This document shows positions 11,910 through 23,566 of a stretch of DNA of 64,000 bases, piece after piece; the first letter of the stretch is position 1; every line of letters starts with the position of its first letter. The notes under the pieces are model-generated. The model ran no database searches, was not told the DNA's origin, and was given only the letters and a program-made list of their open reading frames with translations. The stretch comes from Candidatus Spyradocola merdavium (GTDB taxonomy: Bacteria; Bacillota; Clostridia; Christensenellales; UBA1750). The position numbers and the translations under genes were made by a program. The DNA lies in NCBI GenBank assembly GCA_018711265.1, contig DVIM01000026.1:13592-77591 (forward strand), given 5' to 3'.

Positions 11910-12468
11910 TCCCCCCTTTCTCCCCAAAATCCAACGCGCCCCCGCGCTTCCAAAGGATCGGAAGCGCAGGGGCGCGTTTTTTTACCAAAGCTGTCCTCTC
12001 CCCAACTCCAAAACGATGTCCGCGTGCGCAAAATCCGCCGCGCGTTCCCCCCACGAGGCAGGCGCCCGGGATTGGCTCCCAGCCCGCCCTGCCGTAGAGG
12101 GCGGCGCGCTCCGGCGCGCAGGTGAAGAGGCTCAGATCCGCGCCCTGCGCGCGGATCCACTCCGCCGCGCGCAGGCACAGCGCGGTGGCCAGGCCCTGTC
12201 CGCGCCGCAGGGGATGCGTCACGACCTCGCTCAGGCCGCAGACCGCGTAGCTCTGCCCGCGGTGGAGCAGGCGCGCCCGCCGGATGCCCACGTGGCAGAC
12301 AGCCCTCTCCCCCTCCAGCAGCACGAAAGAGGCCGCGTGTGTTTCGGGCGCCGAGGGAAAGGTTTCGCCGGGCGTCCTGTCCCAGGCTGTGGCCTCCAGG
12401 TCGAGGATCGCCCGCTCGATCGCCGCGCCGCACACCTCCTGCGGGTAGAGCGCCAGCCGATCAGGCAT
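11749..12468 (-). CDS. GNAT family N-acetyltransferase; the 3' end is suspect (possible frameshift at a homopolymer)
   Basis: MPDRLALYPQEV..HPLRRGQGLATAL.. carries the GNAT motif A pattern R-x-x-G-x-G/A. The ATG overlaps the stop of the upstream glycosyltransferase. As written, the ORF runs through the terminator at 11933-11983 and 160 nt into the convergent gene. Confidence 0.6.
   Translation of the reverse strand: MPDRLALYPQEVCGAAIERAILDLEATAWDRTPGETFPSAPETHAASFVLLEGERAVCHVGIRRARLLHRGQSYAVCGLSEVVTHPLRRGQGLATALCLRAAEWIRAQGADLSLFTCAPERAALYGRAGWEPIPGACLVGGTRGGFCARGHRFGVGERTALVKKRAPALPILWKRGGALDFGEKGGITPPQTRGERSPSPPGARLPCGFPPSGWRRRRTRPARSSAQRPSRCSARRRAA
11933..11983 (+). terminator. intrinsic terminator of the 10110-11909 gene
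   Basis: aacgcgcccccgcgcttcc-aaaggatc-ggaagcgcaggggcgcgtt followed by T7. Confidence 0.8.
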
Positions 12469-13567
12469 AGCTCTCGATGAGCGCTTGCAGGTCGTCCGTG
12501 GCGTTGGGCTTGCCAAAGGCGATCTGGCACTCGCGCATGAGCTCGAGGCGGCGCTCGTTGGTCAGCAGCTGCCAGACCACCACGTCCACGGGCAGGTGCT
12601 TATTCGTGCGCATGGCCATGCCGTGGTTGGTGAGGAAGTCCATGTTGCGGTCCTCCTGGCCGGGGATCGGGTCGATGAGCACCATGGGCAGCTGCTTTGC
12701 GATGGCCTCGGAGACCGAGAGCCCGCCGGGCTTGGTCACGATCAGGTCCGCCGCGCTCATGAGCACGTCGATCTCGTTGGAGAAGCCCAGCACCGTCAGG
12801 CGCTTGACCGTGGAGAGCGATTCCACGCGCGCCTTCAGCTTCTCGTTGCTGCCGCAGACGACCATCATCTGGAAGTCGATGGGCAGGCGGTCCAGGCGCT
12901 CGATGGCGCTGAGCACGTCGCCGTGCCCCATGGAGCCGCCCATCATCAGGACGGTCGGCATGTCCGGGATGCCGGCGCGGGCGCGCGCCTCCGCCTTGTC
13001 GATCGCCTTGTTGAACTTGGGGTGGATCGGGATGCCGATGGGGCGGATGATGCGCTCGGGCATGCCGGCCTGCACGATGTAGTAGGTCAGCTGCTCCGAG
13101 GGCGTCACCAGCGCGTCCAGGTTCGCGCCCTTCCAGTAGGGGTGGAGCGTGTAGTCCGTGACGATGCCGATGCGCGGGGCCGCGCACACACCCAGGGAGT
13201 AGACCGAGGCGGAGATCTGCGCCGCGCAGGAGTGCGTGCTGACCACGACATTGGGCTGAAAGCTCTCGTAGACGTCGAAGAGCTCCTTGCTCAGGTAGTC
13301 CGAGAGCTTTTGGTTCACCTTGACGGCAAAGGGGATGTTCTGCTCCGCCTTCTCCATCATGCTGAAGGCCTTGCCGAACACCTTGGGCGTGTGCGCCACC
13401 GTCATGCGGTATCCCTTGTCGACCACCTCGCCGAAGGTCGGCTCGATGTAGTCAAACGTATCCAGGAGCTTGCAGACGTGGCCGCGCTCCATCATCCTCT
13501 GCATGATGCCCTTGGCGGTCTGGTTGTGGCCCTGCCCCGCCGTTACGGACAAGAACAAAATGTGCAT
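12461..13567 (-). CDS. MGDG-synthase-like / UgtP-like diacylglycerol glycosyltransferase (GT28 family)
   Basis: MHILFLSVTAGQGHNQTAKGI.. and the C-terminal ..DLIVTKPGGLSVSEAIAKQLPMVLIDPIPGQE.. match the family. GGGAGGTGG RBS upstream of ATG 13567. The 582-aa track ORF is an upstream run-on. Confidence 0.85.
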   Translation of the reverse strand: MHILFLSVTAGQGHNQTAKGIMQRMMERGHVCKLLDTFDYIEPTFGEVVDKGYRMTVAHTPKVFGKAFSMMEKAEQNIPFAVKVNQKLSDYLSKELFDVYESFQPNVVVSTHSCAAQISASVYSLGVCAAPRIGIVTDYTLHPYWKGANLDALVTPSEQLTYYIVQAGMPERIIRPIGIPIHPKFNKAIDKAEARARAGIPDMPTVLMMGGSMGHGDVLSAIERLDRLPIDFQMMVVCGSNEKLKARVESLSTVKRLTVLGFSNEIDVLMSAADLIVTKPGGLSVSEAIAKQLPMVLIDPIPGQEDRNMDFLTNHGMAMRTNKHLPVDVVVWQLLTNERRLELMRECQIAFGKPNATDDLQALIESYA

Positions 13568-14877
13568 TCCGTTTCCACCTCCCGAAGGTTCGATTCTGAG
13601 GATTCCAGCATTCTTCTGACCTCGCCCACCAGGTACAGCGACCCGCAGACGAGGACCACGCCCGCCTCCCCGGCCAGGGTCTGCGCCTGCCGCAGGCCCT
13701 GCGCCGTATCCTCCGCCGCAAGGACGGGCTTGTCCATCCGCCCGCGGTAGAGGCCGCACAGCTCCGGCGCGGGGACCGCGCGGGCCATGTGCTCCGGGGA
13801 TACGCAGACCACCGCGTCCGCAATCGCTGCGATCCCCTCCGCGATGGCGGCGACGTCCTTGTCCGCCATGGACCCGGTCAGCACCGCGACGCGCCGGTCC
13901 CGCAGGAAGCTCTGCGCGTATTCCCGCAGCGCGCGCACGCCCTGGGGATTGTGCGCGCCGTCCAGCAGCAGGTTGCCGCGCCACTCCAGCCGGCCGGGCC
14001 AGACCGCCTCCCTTAGGCCCGCGCGCGCGGCCTCCGGGGAGACGCGCAGGTCCTCCGGCAGCAGCGAGAGCGCGGCGAGCGCCGTCACGGCGTTGTCCAC
14101 CTGGTGCGCGCCGGGCAGGCGGATTTCGTATTCCTGCGCGGGCAGACCGGGGAAGCCCGCGGTAAACCGCGCGCCGCGCGCGGAGAGGGCGACCGCGCTC
14201 GGCGGCCAATCCGCGCAGTGGAGAAAGGGGGCCTGCTTCTCCTGGGCAATCCCCCGGATGACGGCGGCGACGGCCTCGCCCTGGGCCTGGAGCACGGCCG
14301 GCCGGCCGGGTTTCACGATGCCGCCCTTGACCGCGGCGATCTCCTCCAGGGTCGAGCCCAGGGTCTTTGTGTGGTCCAGGCCGATGCGCGCAATGACGCT
14401 GACCTCGGGGTGGATCACGTTGGTCGGGTCGTGCGTCCCGCCAAGGCCCACCTCGATCACGGCCGCATCCACCTTCTCGCGCGCAAACCAGGTCAGCGCA
14501 ATCGCGGTGCCGATCTCAAAGACCGTGGGGAATCCTTCCCCGCTCTCCTCCATGGCCTGCACGTGCGCCGCGACCTCGGTTGTCAGCGCCGCGAGGGTTT
14601 CGTCCGGGATCTCGCCGCCGTTGATGCGCATTCTCTCATTATAGCGCATGAGGAAGGGCGAGGTGTACAGCCCGACGCGGTAGCCCTGCGCGCGCAGCGC
14701 CGCGTCCAGGAACGCGCAGGTGGAACCCTTGCCGTTCGTGCCCGCGACGTGGATGCACCGCAGCCCCTCGTGCGGATTGCCCAGGCGCCGCAGCAGCGCG
14801 TACATGTTGTCCAGCCCGCGCTTGACGCCCTTGCCATACTTTCCGTGGATGTATGCGACAGCTTGCTCGTAGTTCAC
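13543..14877 (-). CDS. folC: folylpolyglutamate synthase / dihydrofolate synthase
   Basis: ..IHVAGTNGKGSTCAF.. P-loop and Mur-ligase-like pattern. GTG 14877 is preferred: it has a GAGAGGGGAG RBS, and ATG 14898 lies only 2-4 nt from the predicted transcription start. Confidence 0.9.
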   Translation of the reverse strand: MNYEQAVAYIHGKYGKGVKRGLDNMYALLRRLGNPHEGLRCIHVAGTNGKGSTCAFLDAALRAQGYRVGLYTSPFLMRYNERMRINGGEIPDETLAALTTEVAAHVQAMEESGEGFPTVFEIGTAIALTWFAREKVDAAVIEVGLGGTHDPTNVIHPEVSVIARIGLDHTKTLGSTLEEIAAVKGGIVKPGRPAVLQAQGEAVAAVIRGIAQEKQAPFLHCADWPPSAVALSARGARFTAGFPGLPAQEYEIRLPGAHQVDNAVTALAALSLLPEDLRVSPEAARAGLREAVWPGRLEWRGNLLLDGAHNPQGVRALREYAQSFLRDRRVAVLTGSMADKDVAAIAEGIAAIADAVVCVSPEHMARAVPAPELCGLYRGRMDKPVLAAEDTAQGLRQAQTLAGEAGVVLVCGSLYLVGEVRRMLESSESNLREVETECTFCSCP

Positions 14878-14907
14878 GCTCTGCTCCCCTCTCTCCATCC
14901 CTGTACA

Positions 14908-14936
14908 AGTTTACCGAATCCCTGCCGCTTTTTCAA
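14908..14936 (-). promoter_or_regulatory. sigmaA-type promoter for folC, TTGAAA-17 nt-TAAACT
   Basis: Read on the minus strand, directly after the valS terminator. Confidence 0.55.
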
Positions 14937-14948
14937 GCATTCCCATGC

Positions 14949-14985
14949 AAAAAGGGGCGCGGCGGCTTTTTTCCGCCGGCCCCCC
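14949..14985 (-). terminator. intrinsic terminator of valS
   Basis: Minus strand: GGGGGGCCGGCGG-aaaaaa-GCCGCCGCGCCCC followed by TTTTTG. Confidence 0.8.
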
Positions 14986-15010
14986 GAAAAACTCGCCTTC
15001 TTCCGGCGTT

Positions 15011-17656
<2,646 letters not shown>

Positions 17657-17702
17657 ACGATTCAATCCTCCATCGCATCCGGGGATGCAGATCTTTAACG
17701 CC

Positions 17703-17867
17703 TTACAGAAAACAGAGCGTCGCGCCGGCGACCGCCAGCGCCAGGGAGACGAGCTTTGCCGGGATCTTCCAGCGCTCGGGGATGGCCTTGCCCAGCAGCA
17801 TGAGCACTGCGCCGAGCACGAGCAGGACGATCCCCACGGGGTTCAAGCTCAGGAGCCTGCTGAGCAA
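17703..17867 (-). CDS. candidate 54-aa two-helix membrane peptide between the T-box terminator and valS
   Basis: GGAGAGGAGG, then 7 nt, then TTG 17867. Product LSRLLSLNPVGIVLLVLGAVLMLLGKAIPERWKIPAKLVSLALAVAGATLCFL. No family recognised. Confidence 0.4.
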   Translation of the reverse strand: MLSRLLSLNPVGIVLLVLGAVLMLLGKAIPERWKIPAKLVSLALAVAGATLCFL

Positions 17868-17884
17868 GCGCGCACCTCCTCTCC

Positions 17885-18149
17885 ATGCAAAGGCGCGCCC
17901 GTCCTCACCAAAAGGACGGGCGCGCCGTGGTACCACCTTTTTTCGCAGGGGCGAGCCTTCCGCTCCTCCTGCCTCTTTGCGCAATATCGGGCGCACCCGC
18001 GCGCGCTAAAGACCCAAGGCCCTTCACGCGCACCCTGCCGCAGGCGACCTTCCGAAACCGGGGGAACCCTGGCGGCCTTTCAGCCGGCGAACCGCCTCTC
18101 TTTCTGGGTCCAGCTTCGTACTCCTCCTGCCTCAACGGGGGAAGATTCA
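17885..18149 (-). promoter_or_regulatory. T-box riboswitch leader (valine specifier GUC) controlling valS
   Basis: Read on the minus strand. Stem I base GCAGG..CCUGC with AGUA and GAAG-GUC-G in the specifier loop. AGAGAGG box. T-box core AAGGUGGUACCACGG (17927-17941) overlaps the terminator GGCGCGCCCGUCC-loop-GGACGGGCGCGCC + UUUGCAU. UGGU fits an A73 discriminator. Confidence 0.8.
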
Positions 18150-18155
18150 GGGAGT

Positions 18156-18184
18156 ATTATACCATTTCTTTTTCCGCCCGTCAA
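18156..18184 (-). promoter_or_regulatory. sigmaA promoter of the valS T-box leader, TTGACG-17 nt-TATAAT
   Basis: Hexamers read directly on the minus strand. A TG lies 1 nt upstream of the -10 hexamer (TGgTATAAT). Confidence 0.75.
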
Positions 18185-18212
18185 CGCCGGGCTGCGGCGC
18201 TTAACGCAAAGC

Positions 18213-19655
18213 TTACGGCTTCCAGAGCGTGTAGCGCGAGGGGGTGAAGTTTCCGGCGCGCAGCATGGCGGCGGTATCCCGGACGACCGTCTGCAGGCGC
18301 GCGACGATGGTGTCGAACGTCTCCTCGTAGATGATCTGGATCGTGCCGTCCGCGACGAGCTGGTGCGCCAGCGGCACGAGCAGCCACTGCTTAAAGTTCT
18401 CGATCTGCTCCTCCGACCAGAACTCGCGCAGGGGCTCGTAGATCTCCTCCATGCAGAAGCGGTCGCGCATCATGTAGAGCAGGTTGGAGAAGTCCTCCAG
18501 GTTGCTGCCCGGCTCCAGGGTGAAGAGCATCCGGAAGAAGAGGTTCCAGTCGTAGTCCGCGTTCATCTGCATCATGAGGTGGTCCGCCAGGATGTTGAGG
18601 AAGGGTTCCTCTCCGCGGAAGGGCGCCTCCAGCGCGAGCGGCGCCTCAAAGTCGATGTCCGCCATGGCGATGCGGTTGATGCGCTGGAAGATGTCCATCA
18701 GGCTCTGCGCGGGCTGGTGGGTGATGGGGTTCTGCCGCGCGAGGATGTAGCGGCTCAGGATGTCGCAGGAGCGCTTGAAGTTCAGGGTAAAGCCCAGGGA
18801 GTCGCGCATCTTGCGGAAGAACAGGTCGGAGATGGCCTTTGCGAACAGCGACCGCACGGAGGCCTCGCGCAGATAGCTGTCCTCCGGCTCGCTCTGGTTC
18901 TGGATCTGGTTGTAGATGAGGTAGAGCTGGCGGTCCACGGAGCGCAGGTTGTCATACGCGGAGGAGAGCATCTGCTTCATGAAGCTGTCCATGAGGATAT
19001 AGCTGTTGTTTTTATAGATGATCTCGTGCTCGACCTCGGCCCAGAACACGTGGACCAGGGCCTTGATCTGCAGCTCAAACCGCACGGCGTGGCCCACGGG
19101 CCCGCACATGCCGTCGATGCGGTAGATGGCGTAGCCGTTGTTCTGCTGCTGGGGCTGCACGCCGCGCATCTCCAGGCGGATGTTGGGCTGTTCGGGCTCG
19201 CAGTACAGGCCGTCGGCGCAGCTCTGGGTGAAGCGGTCGCGCAGCGCGTCGTAGAGCAGCCGCTCCTCCTCCAGAAAGCGGCACTGGATGCGCACGCCGA
19301 TCAAATCCGAGAGGTTCTGGATGATGCCCTCGGGGTAGGCGTAGCGCTTGTAGAGGTTCTTGCGCAGGATCTTTTCCCGCAGGCTGCTGTCGCCCTTGAC
19401 GCGGGTGGAGATGTTGACCAGGCTCTCCTCGTGGTCCCGCAGCGCGCTGTGGAAGTAGGCCTGCAGGACGTCCGCGTAGGTTTCCAGGGTCTTGCGGTTG
19501 TCGTTCAGGATCTTGACGGTCTTATCGATCAGGTCAAACACCGGCAGGCGGATCGTCTCGGGGTTCTGGCCGTCCGGCCCCCAATGCTTGTGCTCCGTCC
19601 GTTCCAGATCGTCCAGTCTTTCCGTTCTTTCCATTCTATCCAACTCCGTATTCAT
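18213..19655 (-). CDS. RelA/SpoT-domain (small-alarmone-synthetase-like nucleotidyltransferase) protein with an unassigned ~220-aa C-terminal region
   Basis: Motifs occur in order: [51 protein letters not shown]. The start is either ATG 19655 or Met8 (19634, GGAG RBS). The track ORF start at 19892 runs into the icd gene. Confidence 0.8.
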   Translation of the reverse strand: MNTELDRMERTERLDDLERTEHKHWGPDGQNPETIRLPVFDLIDKTVKILNDNRKTLETYADVLQAYFHSALRDHEESLVNISTRVKGDSSLREKILRKNLYKRYAYPEGIIQNLSDLIGVRIQCRFLEEERLLYDALRDRFTQSCADGLYCEPEQPNIRLEMRGVQPQQQNNGYAIYRIDGMCGPVGHAVRFELQIKALVHVFWAEVEHEIIYKNNSYILMDSFMKQMLSSAYDNLRSVDRQLYLIYNQIQNQSEPEDSYLREASVRSLFAKAISDLFFRKMRDSLGFTLNFKRSCDILSRYILARQNPITHQPAQSLMDIFQRINRIAMADIDFEAPLALEAPFRGEEPFLNILADHLMMQMNADYDWNLFFRMLFTLEPGSNLEDFSNLLYMMRDRFCMEEIYEPLREFWSEEQIENFKQWLLVPLAHQLVADGTIQIIYEETFDTIVARLQTVVRDTAAMLRAGNFTPSRYTLWKP

Positions 19656-19713
19656 TCTCTCTCTATTGTACCATAGAAACGGCGGCCTGTGCCGCCCTGC
19701 TTTGAAAAAATCC

Positions 19714-19742
19714 TTGCCCCTGCGCGCGCAATGGAGTATGAT
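19714..19742 (+). promoter_or_regulatory. sigmaA-type promoter for icd, TTGCCC-17 nt-TATGAT
   Basis: Hexamers read directly, 47 nt upstream of ATG 19789. Confidence 0.55.
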
Positions 19743-19788
19743 ACTCGTAAAGTACCGGCGCGCTTTGCGCCGCTTGGAGGGGTTGACG

Positions 19789-20982
19789 ATGCAGAAAATC
19801 GCCATGAAGACGCCGCTGGTCGAGATGGACGGCGACGAAATGACCCGCGTGCTCTGGAAGTGGATCAAGGAGATGCTCCTGGAGCCGTACATTGACCTGA
19901 AGACCGAATACTACGACCTGGGCCTTCCCCACCGGGACGAGACGAACGACCAGGTGACCCTGGACGCCGCAGCCGCCACGGAGAAGTATGGCGTGGCCGT
20001 CAAGTGCGCGACCATCACGCCCAACCAGCAGCGCGTGGAGGAATACCACCTCAAGCAGATGTGGAAGTCCCCGAACGCGACCATCCGCGCGATCCTGGAC
20101 GGCACGGTCTTCCGCGCGCCGATCCTGGTCAAGGGCGTGTCCCCGACGGTGCGCACCTGGCAGGCGCCCATCACCATCGCGCGCCACGCCTACGGCGACG
20201 TCTACAAGAACGCGGAGATGAAGATCCCCGGCGCGGGCAAGGTGGAGCTGGTCTACACCGCCGAGGACGGCAGCGAAACGCGCGCCCTCGTGCACGAGTT
20301 CCGCGGTCCGGGCATCGTGCAGGGCCAGCACAATCTGGACGGCTCCATCGCCTCGTTCGCGCGCGCCTGCTTTGCCTACGCGCTCGACACGCATCAGGAC
20401 CTGTGGTTCTCCACCAAGGACACCATCTCCAAGGTCTACGACCACAACTTCAAGGACATCTTTGCGGAAATCTATGAGGCGGAATACCGGGAAGCGTTTG
20501 AGAAAGCGGGCATCGAATACTTCTACACCCTCATCGACGACGCGGTGGCGCGCGTCATCCGCTCCAAGGGTGGGTTCATCTGGGCGTGCAAGAACTACGA
20601 TGGCGACGTCATGAGCGACATGATCGCCACCGCCTTCGGGTCCCTGTCCATGATGACCTCGGTCCTCGTCTCGCCCAAGGGCTACTATGAATACGAGGCA
20701 GCCCACGGCACTGTGACACGCCACTACTACCGCTACCTCAAGGGCGAGGAGACGGGCACCAACCCGGTGGCGACCATCTACGCCTGGACGGGCGCGCTGC
20801 GCAAGCGCGGCCAGCTCGACGAAATCCCGGAGCTGTGCGCCTTTGCGGACAAGCTGGAAAAGGCCGTCATCGACACGATCGAGTCCGGCGTCATGACCGG
20901 GGACCTGGCCGCCATGTACGAGGGCGAGGCCAAGTCCGTCCCCTCCCGCGCCTTCCTGCAGGCCATCGCCGACCGCCTGTAA
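19789..20982 (+). CDS. icd: NADP-dependent isocitrate dehydrogenase (IDH1/2-like, ~400-aa type)
   Basis: [50 protein letters not shown] is typical of the family. GGAGGGG RBS. Confidence 0.93.
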   Translation: MQKIAMKTPLVEMDGDEMTRVLWKWIKEMLLEPYIDLKTEYYDLGLPHRDETNDQVTLDAAAATEKYGVAVKCATITPNQQRVEEYHLKQMWKSPNATIRAILDGTVFRAPILVKGVSPTVRTWQAPITIARHAYGDVYKNAEMKIPGAGKVELVYTAEDGSETRALVHEFRGPGIVQGQHNLDGSIASFARACFAYALDTHQDLWFSTKDTISKVYDHNFKDIFAEIYEAEYREAFEKAGIEYFYTLIDDAVARVIRSKGGFIWACKNYDGDVMSDMIATAFGSLSMMTSVLVSPKGYYEYEAAHGTVTRHYYRYLKGEETGTNPVATIYAWTGALRKRGQLDEIPELCAFADKLEKAVIDTIESGVMTGDLAAMYEGEAKSVPSRAFLQAIADRL

Positions 20983-21000
20983 GCGCCCTCTCTGCCGAAA

Positions 21001-21048
21001 AGACCCCCGCGCTCCCCGTATTGGGGGGAAGCGCGGGGGTCTGTTTTG
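21001..21048. terminator. bidirectional terminator between convergent icd and the PBP2 gene
   Basis: agacccccgcgct..agcgcgggggtct, with GTTTTGT on the plus side and TTTTCGG on the minus side. Confidence 0.75.
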
Positions 21049-21058
21049 TCTGCGTTTC

Positions 21059-23545
21059 TTAGGGCATGAAGCTGTCCTGCGCCGGGATCTCGTCGATGTC
21101 GGGGTTTTCGCGCTGCTCCATGTAGTGGGCGATGACGTCCTTGGAGGTCAGCGACGCCACGGCGCCCTTGTAGCCGTTGGCGATGAAGACCACAACCGCG
21201 ATCTCCGGCTCGTCAAAGGGCGCGAAGGCGACGAACCAGGCGTTGTCCTCGACGTCGATGAGGTTGACCTGGGCCGTGCCGGTCTTTGCGCCGATCTGGT
21301 CCGTGTACGGGTACCCGACGAAGTATTCCCGCGCGGTACCGCCGTCCTCGACGGAGATAACGCCGTGCATGCCCTGGCGGATGGCCTCCAGGTAGCTGTC
21401 CTCGACGTCGAGCTGGGTGACGGCGTTGGGCTCCTTGTCGGTGACGACCGAGCCGTCCGCGGAGAGGATCTTGTCCACGAGCTGGACCTCCATCACCTCC
21501 CCGCCGTTGGCGATGGCGGCGATGTAGCGCGCGACGCCGATGGGCGTAACCTCCGTGATGGACTGGCCGATGCCGGTCATGATGGTCTCCGTCGGCGTCC
21601 AGCGGACCTCGCGCAGGTAGGAGTTGAGGGTGTTGAGCAGGTACCGGCTGGAGATCTCCTCGCTGGACAGGCCCAGCTCGTCCATGAGCACCTCGCGGAT
21701 CTGCGCGATCATCTCCGTGCTCTCGTACTCGAGCACCAGGTTCATCAGCTCCTGCGTCACGCGCTCCAGGCGCTCCTCCTCAAAGTTGCGGCCCAGGGCC
21801 TCGCCGGTATCGCGCAGGGTCTTCAGGATCGTGCGCGCGACGTAGTTGGACTTGGAGGACCGCTGCTCCGTGATGCCAAGGCTCGGGTCGTAGAGCACGT
21901 TCTGGTTGCCGACAACGCCCGTGGTCTCCCCCGCAAGCTCGATGCCCGTCTTGGACGTCAGGCCCAGGAGCGAGGCCCACTTGTTGAGGTTGTCGATGCC
22001 CAGGCGGTCGGCCACGGTGTAGAAGTAGTAGTTGCAGGAGTTGGTCAGGGCGAGCGTGACGTTCTGGTCCTGGTGGTTCTGGGGGTAGCGCGTCCAGCAT
22101 CCGGGCGCGTAGGCGGTCTGGTCGTACTTGGTGAAGTCGCCCAGGTCGTCGATCTCCTCCTCCAGGGTCACGGCGCCCTCCTCCAGGCCGGCCAGGGCCG
22201 TGACCATCTTGAAGATGGAACCGGGCGTCGCCTTGGAGGAGATGGCGCGGTTGAACAGGGGCGAGGTGTCGATGTTGTACTTTTCGTTGTATTCGGCGGT
22301 GCTCATGCCCTCGATGAAGTCGTTGGGGTCAAAGTCCGGGTAGCTGGCCATGGCCAGGACCTCGCCCGTGTGCACGTCCAGCACCACGGCCGCGCCCGTC
22401 TCCGCCAGGCGCAGGGGCTCGCCGTCGCGGTTGGCGATCTGCTCCTGGTAGTTCTCCAGTTCGGAGGCGGAGGCGTTTGCGAGCTCCTCCATCTGGATCT
22501 TCTGCGCCTCCTCGATGTTGTACTGCAGGGACTCCTCGAGGATCTGCTGCATCTCGATGTCGATGGTCAGCTGCACGCTGTTCCCGTTGACGGGCGCCTC
22601 GTAGGAGAGCTCGCGCATGACGGCGCCGTTGGCGTCGACCTCGACCTCCTGGCTGCCCTGCCGGTAGGCGACGTTCGCCGAGAGCTGCTCCTCCATGGAG
22701 GCCTCGATGCCGGATACGCCCACGCGGTCGTCCGCGTCATAGCCCAGCGCGCTGTACTGCTCCAGGGTGGATTCCGTGATGGAGCCCATGTAGCCGAGGA
22801 TGTGCGAGGCCAGCGTGCCGCGGGGATAGACGCGCTTTGTCGTCTGCTCGATGGAGGCGCCCGTCAGCTCAATGCTCGCCGCCTCGATCTGCGCCACGGT
22901 GTTCATGTCCACGTCGTAGGCGATGGTCACGGGCTTGGAAAGGTAGGCGTACATCTGCAGCTCCTGCCAGATGGAGAGGATCTTGTACTGCGTTTCGTAG
23001 TCCTGGTCCTCGATGCCGTAGCGCTTGCAGAGGGTGTCGAAGATCTCCTCCTCCGGAACGCTGGTGATGTAGAGATTGCTCCGCCAGGTCTGCTCGCGCT
23101 TGGCAAACGTCTCCTCGTTCTCGGTCAGGAAATCGAGGTAGAAGTTGCCCGCTTCGTCGCGGTGCAGGTAGAAATTCTGCACCGTCTCGCCGCCGTTTTC
23201 CTCCACGATCTCCAGAACCCGCAGGAGGATCTGCGTGTACTCCTGCACGTCCTCGGTGCTGTTGCGCGAGGGATCGCGGTAGAAGGTCACGTTATAGCTC
23301 TCCACGTCGTAGGCCAGCGGGATGCCGTTCCGGTCCAGGATCATGCCGCGCTCGCCCGTGAGCGAATAGGTCTTCATCGTGCGGCTCTCGGCCGTGTCGG
23401 CATAGGTCTGGCCGTCCCGCAGCTGCAAATTCGCCAACTGCAGCGAAAGCGCCCCAAACAGGAGCGCCACCACCACCACGATCGTGACAAATCGGAGGCC
23501 GAAGCCTTTTTTTCCATTGTTTCGATTGTTGAAGCCGCTTTGCAC
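21059..23545 (-). CDS. mrdA: class B penicillin-binding protein 2 (elongation-specific transpeptidase)
   Basis: N-terminal TM segment, PBP dimerisation region, and a transpeptidase domain with SxxK = PGSIFK and KTGTAQ. Directly downstream of mreBCD. Confidence 0.9.
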   Translation of the reverse strand: MQSGFNNRNNGKKGFGLRFVTIVVVVALLFGALSLQLANLQLRDGQTYADTAESRTMKTYSLTGERGMILDRNGIPLAYDVESYNVTFYRDPSRNSTEDVQEYTQILLRVLEIVEENGGETVQNFYLHRDEAGNFYLDFLTENEETFAKREQTWRSNLYITSVPEEEIFDTLCKRYGIEDQDYETQYKILSIWQELQMYAYLSKPVTIAYDVDMNTVAQIEAASIELTGASIEQTTKRVYPRGTLASHILGYMGSITESTLEQYSALGYDADDRVGVSGIEASMEEQLSANVAYRQGSQEVEVDANGAVMRELSYEAPVNGNSVQLTIDIEMQQILEESLQYNIEEAQKIQMEELANASASELENYQEQIANRDGEPLRLAETGAAVVLDVHTGEVLAMASYPDFDPNDFIEGMSTAEYNEKYNIDTSPLFNRAISSKATPGSIFKMVTALAGLEEGAVTLEEEIDDLGDFTKYDQTAYAPGCWTRYPQNHQDQNVTLALTNSCNYYFYTVADRLGIDNLNKWASLLGLTSKTGIELAGETTGVVGNQNVLYDPSLGITEQRSSKSNYVARTILKTLRDTGEALGRNFEEERLERVTQELMNLVLEYESTEMIAQIREVLMDELGLSSEEISSRYLLNTLNSYLREVRWTPTETIMTGIGQSITEVTPIGVARYIAAIANGGEVMEVQLVDKILSADGSVVTDKEPNAVTQLDVEDSYLEAIRQGMHGVISVEDGGTAREYFVGYPYTDQIGAKTGTAQVNLIDVEDNAWFVAFAPFDEPEIAVVVFIANGYKGAVASLTSKDVIAHYMEQRENPDIDEIPAQDSFMP

Positions 23546-23566
23546 TCGCTTCCCCTCCTCGTCGCG

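Noticed and set aside
12461-14209. Track ORFs with long N-terminal extensions: the 582-aa ORF here, plus 35370-36656, 42306-43745, 43004-44128, 50676-52196, 61216-61836 and 34008-34697
   Set aside because: The extensions overlap the upstream gene or cross terminators and have junk composition. In each case a downstream start with a good Shine-Dalgarno sequence gives a protein of canonical length.
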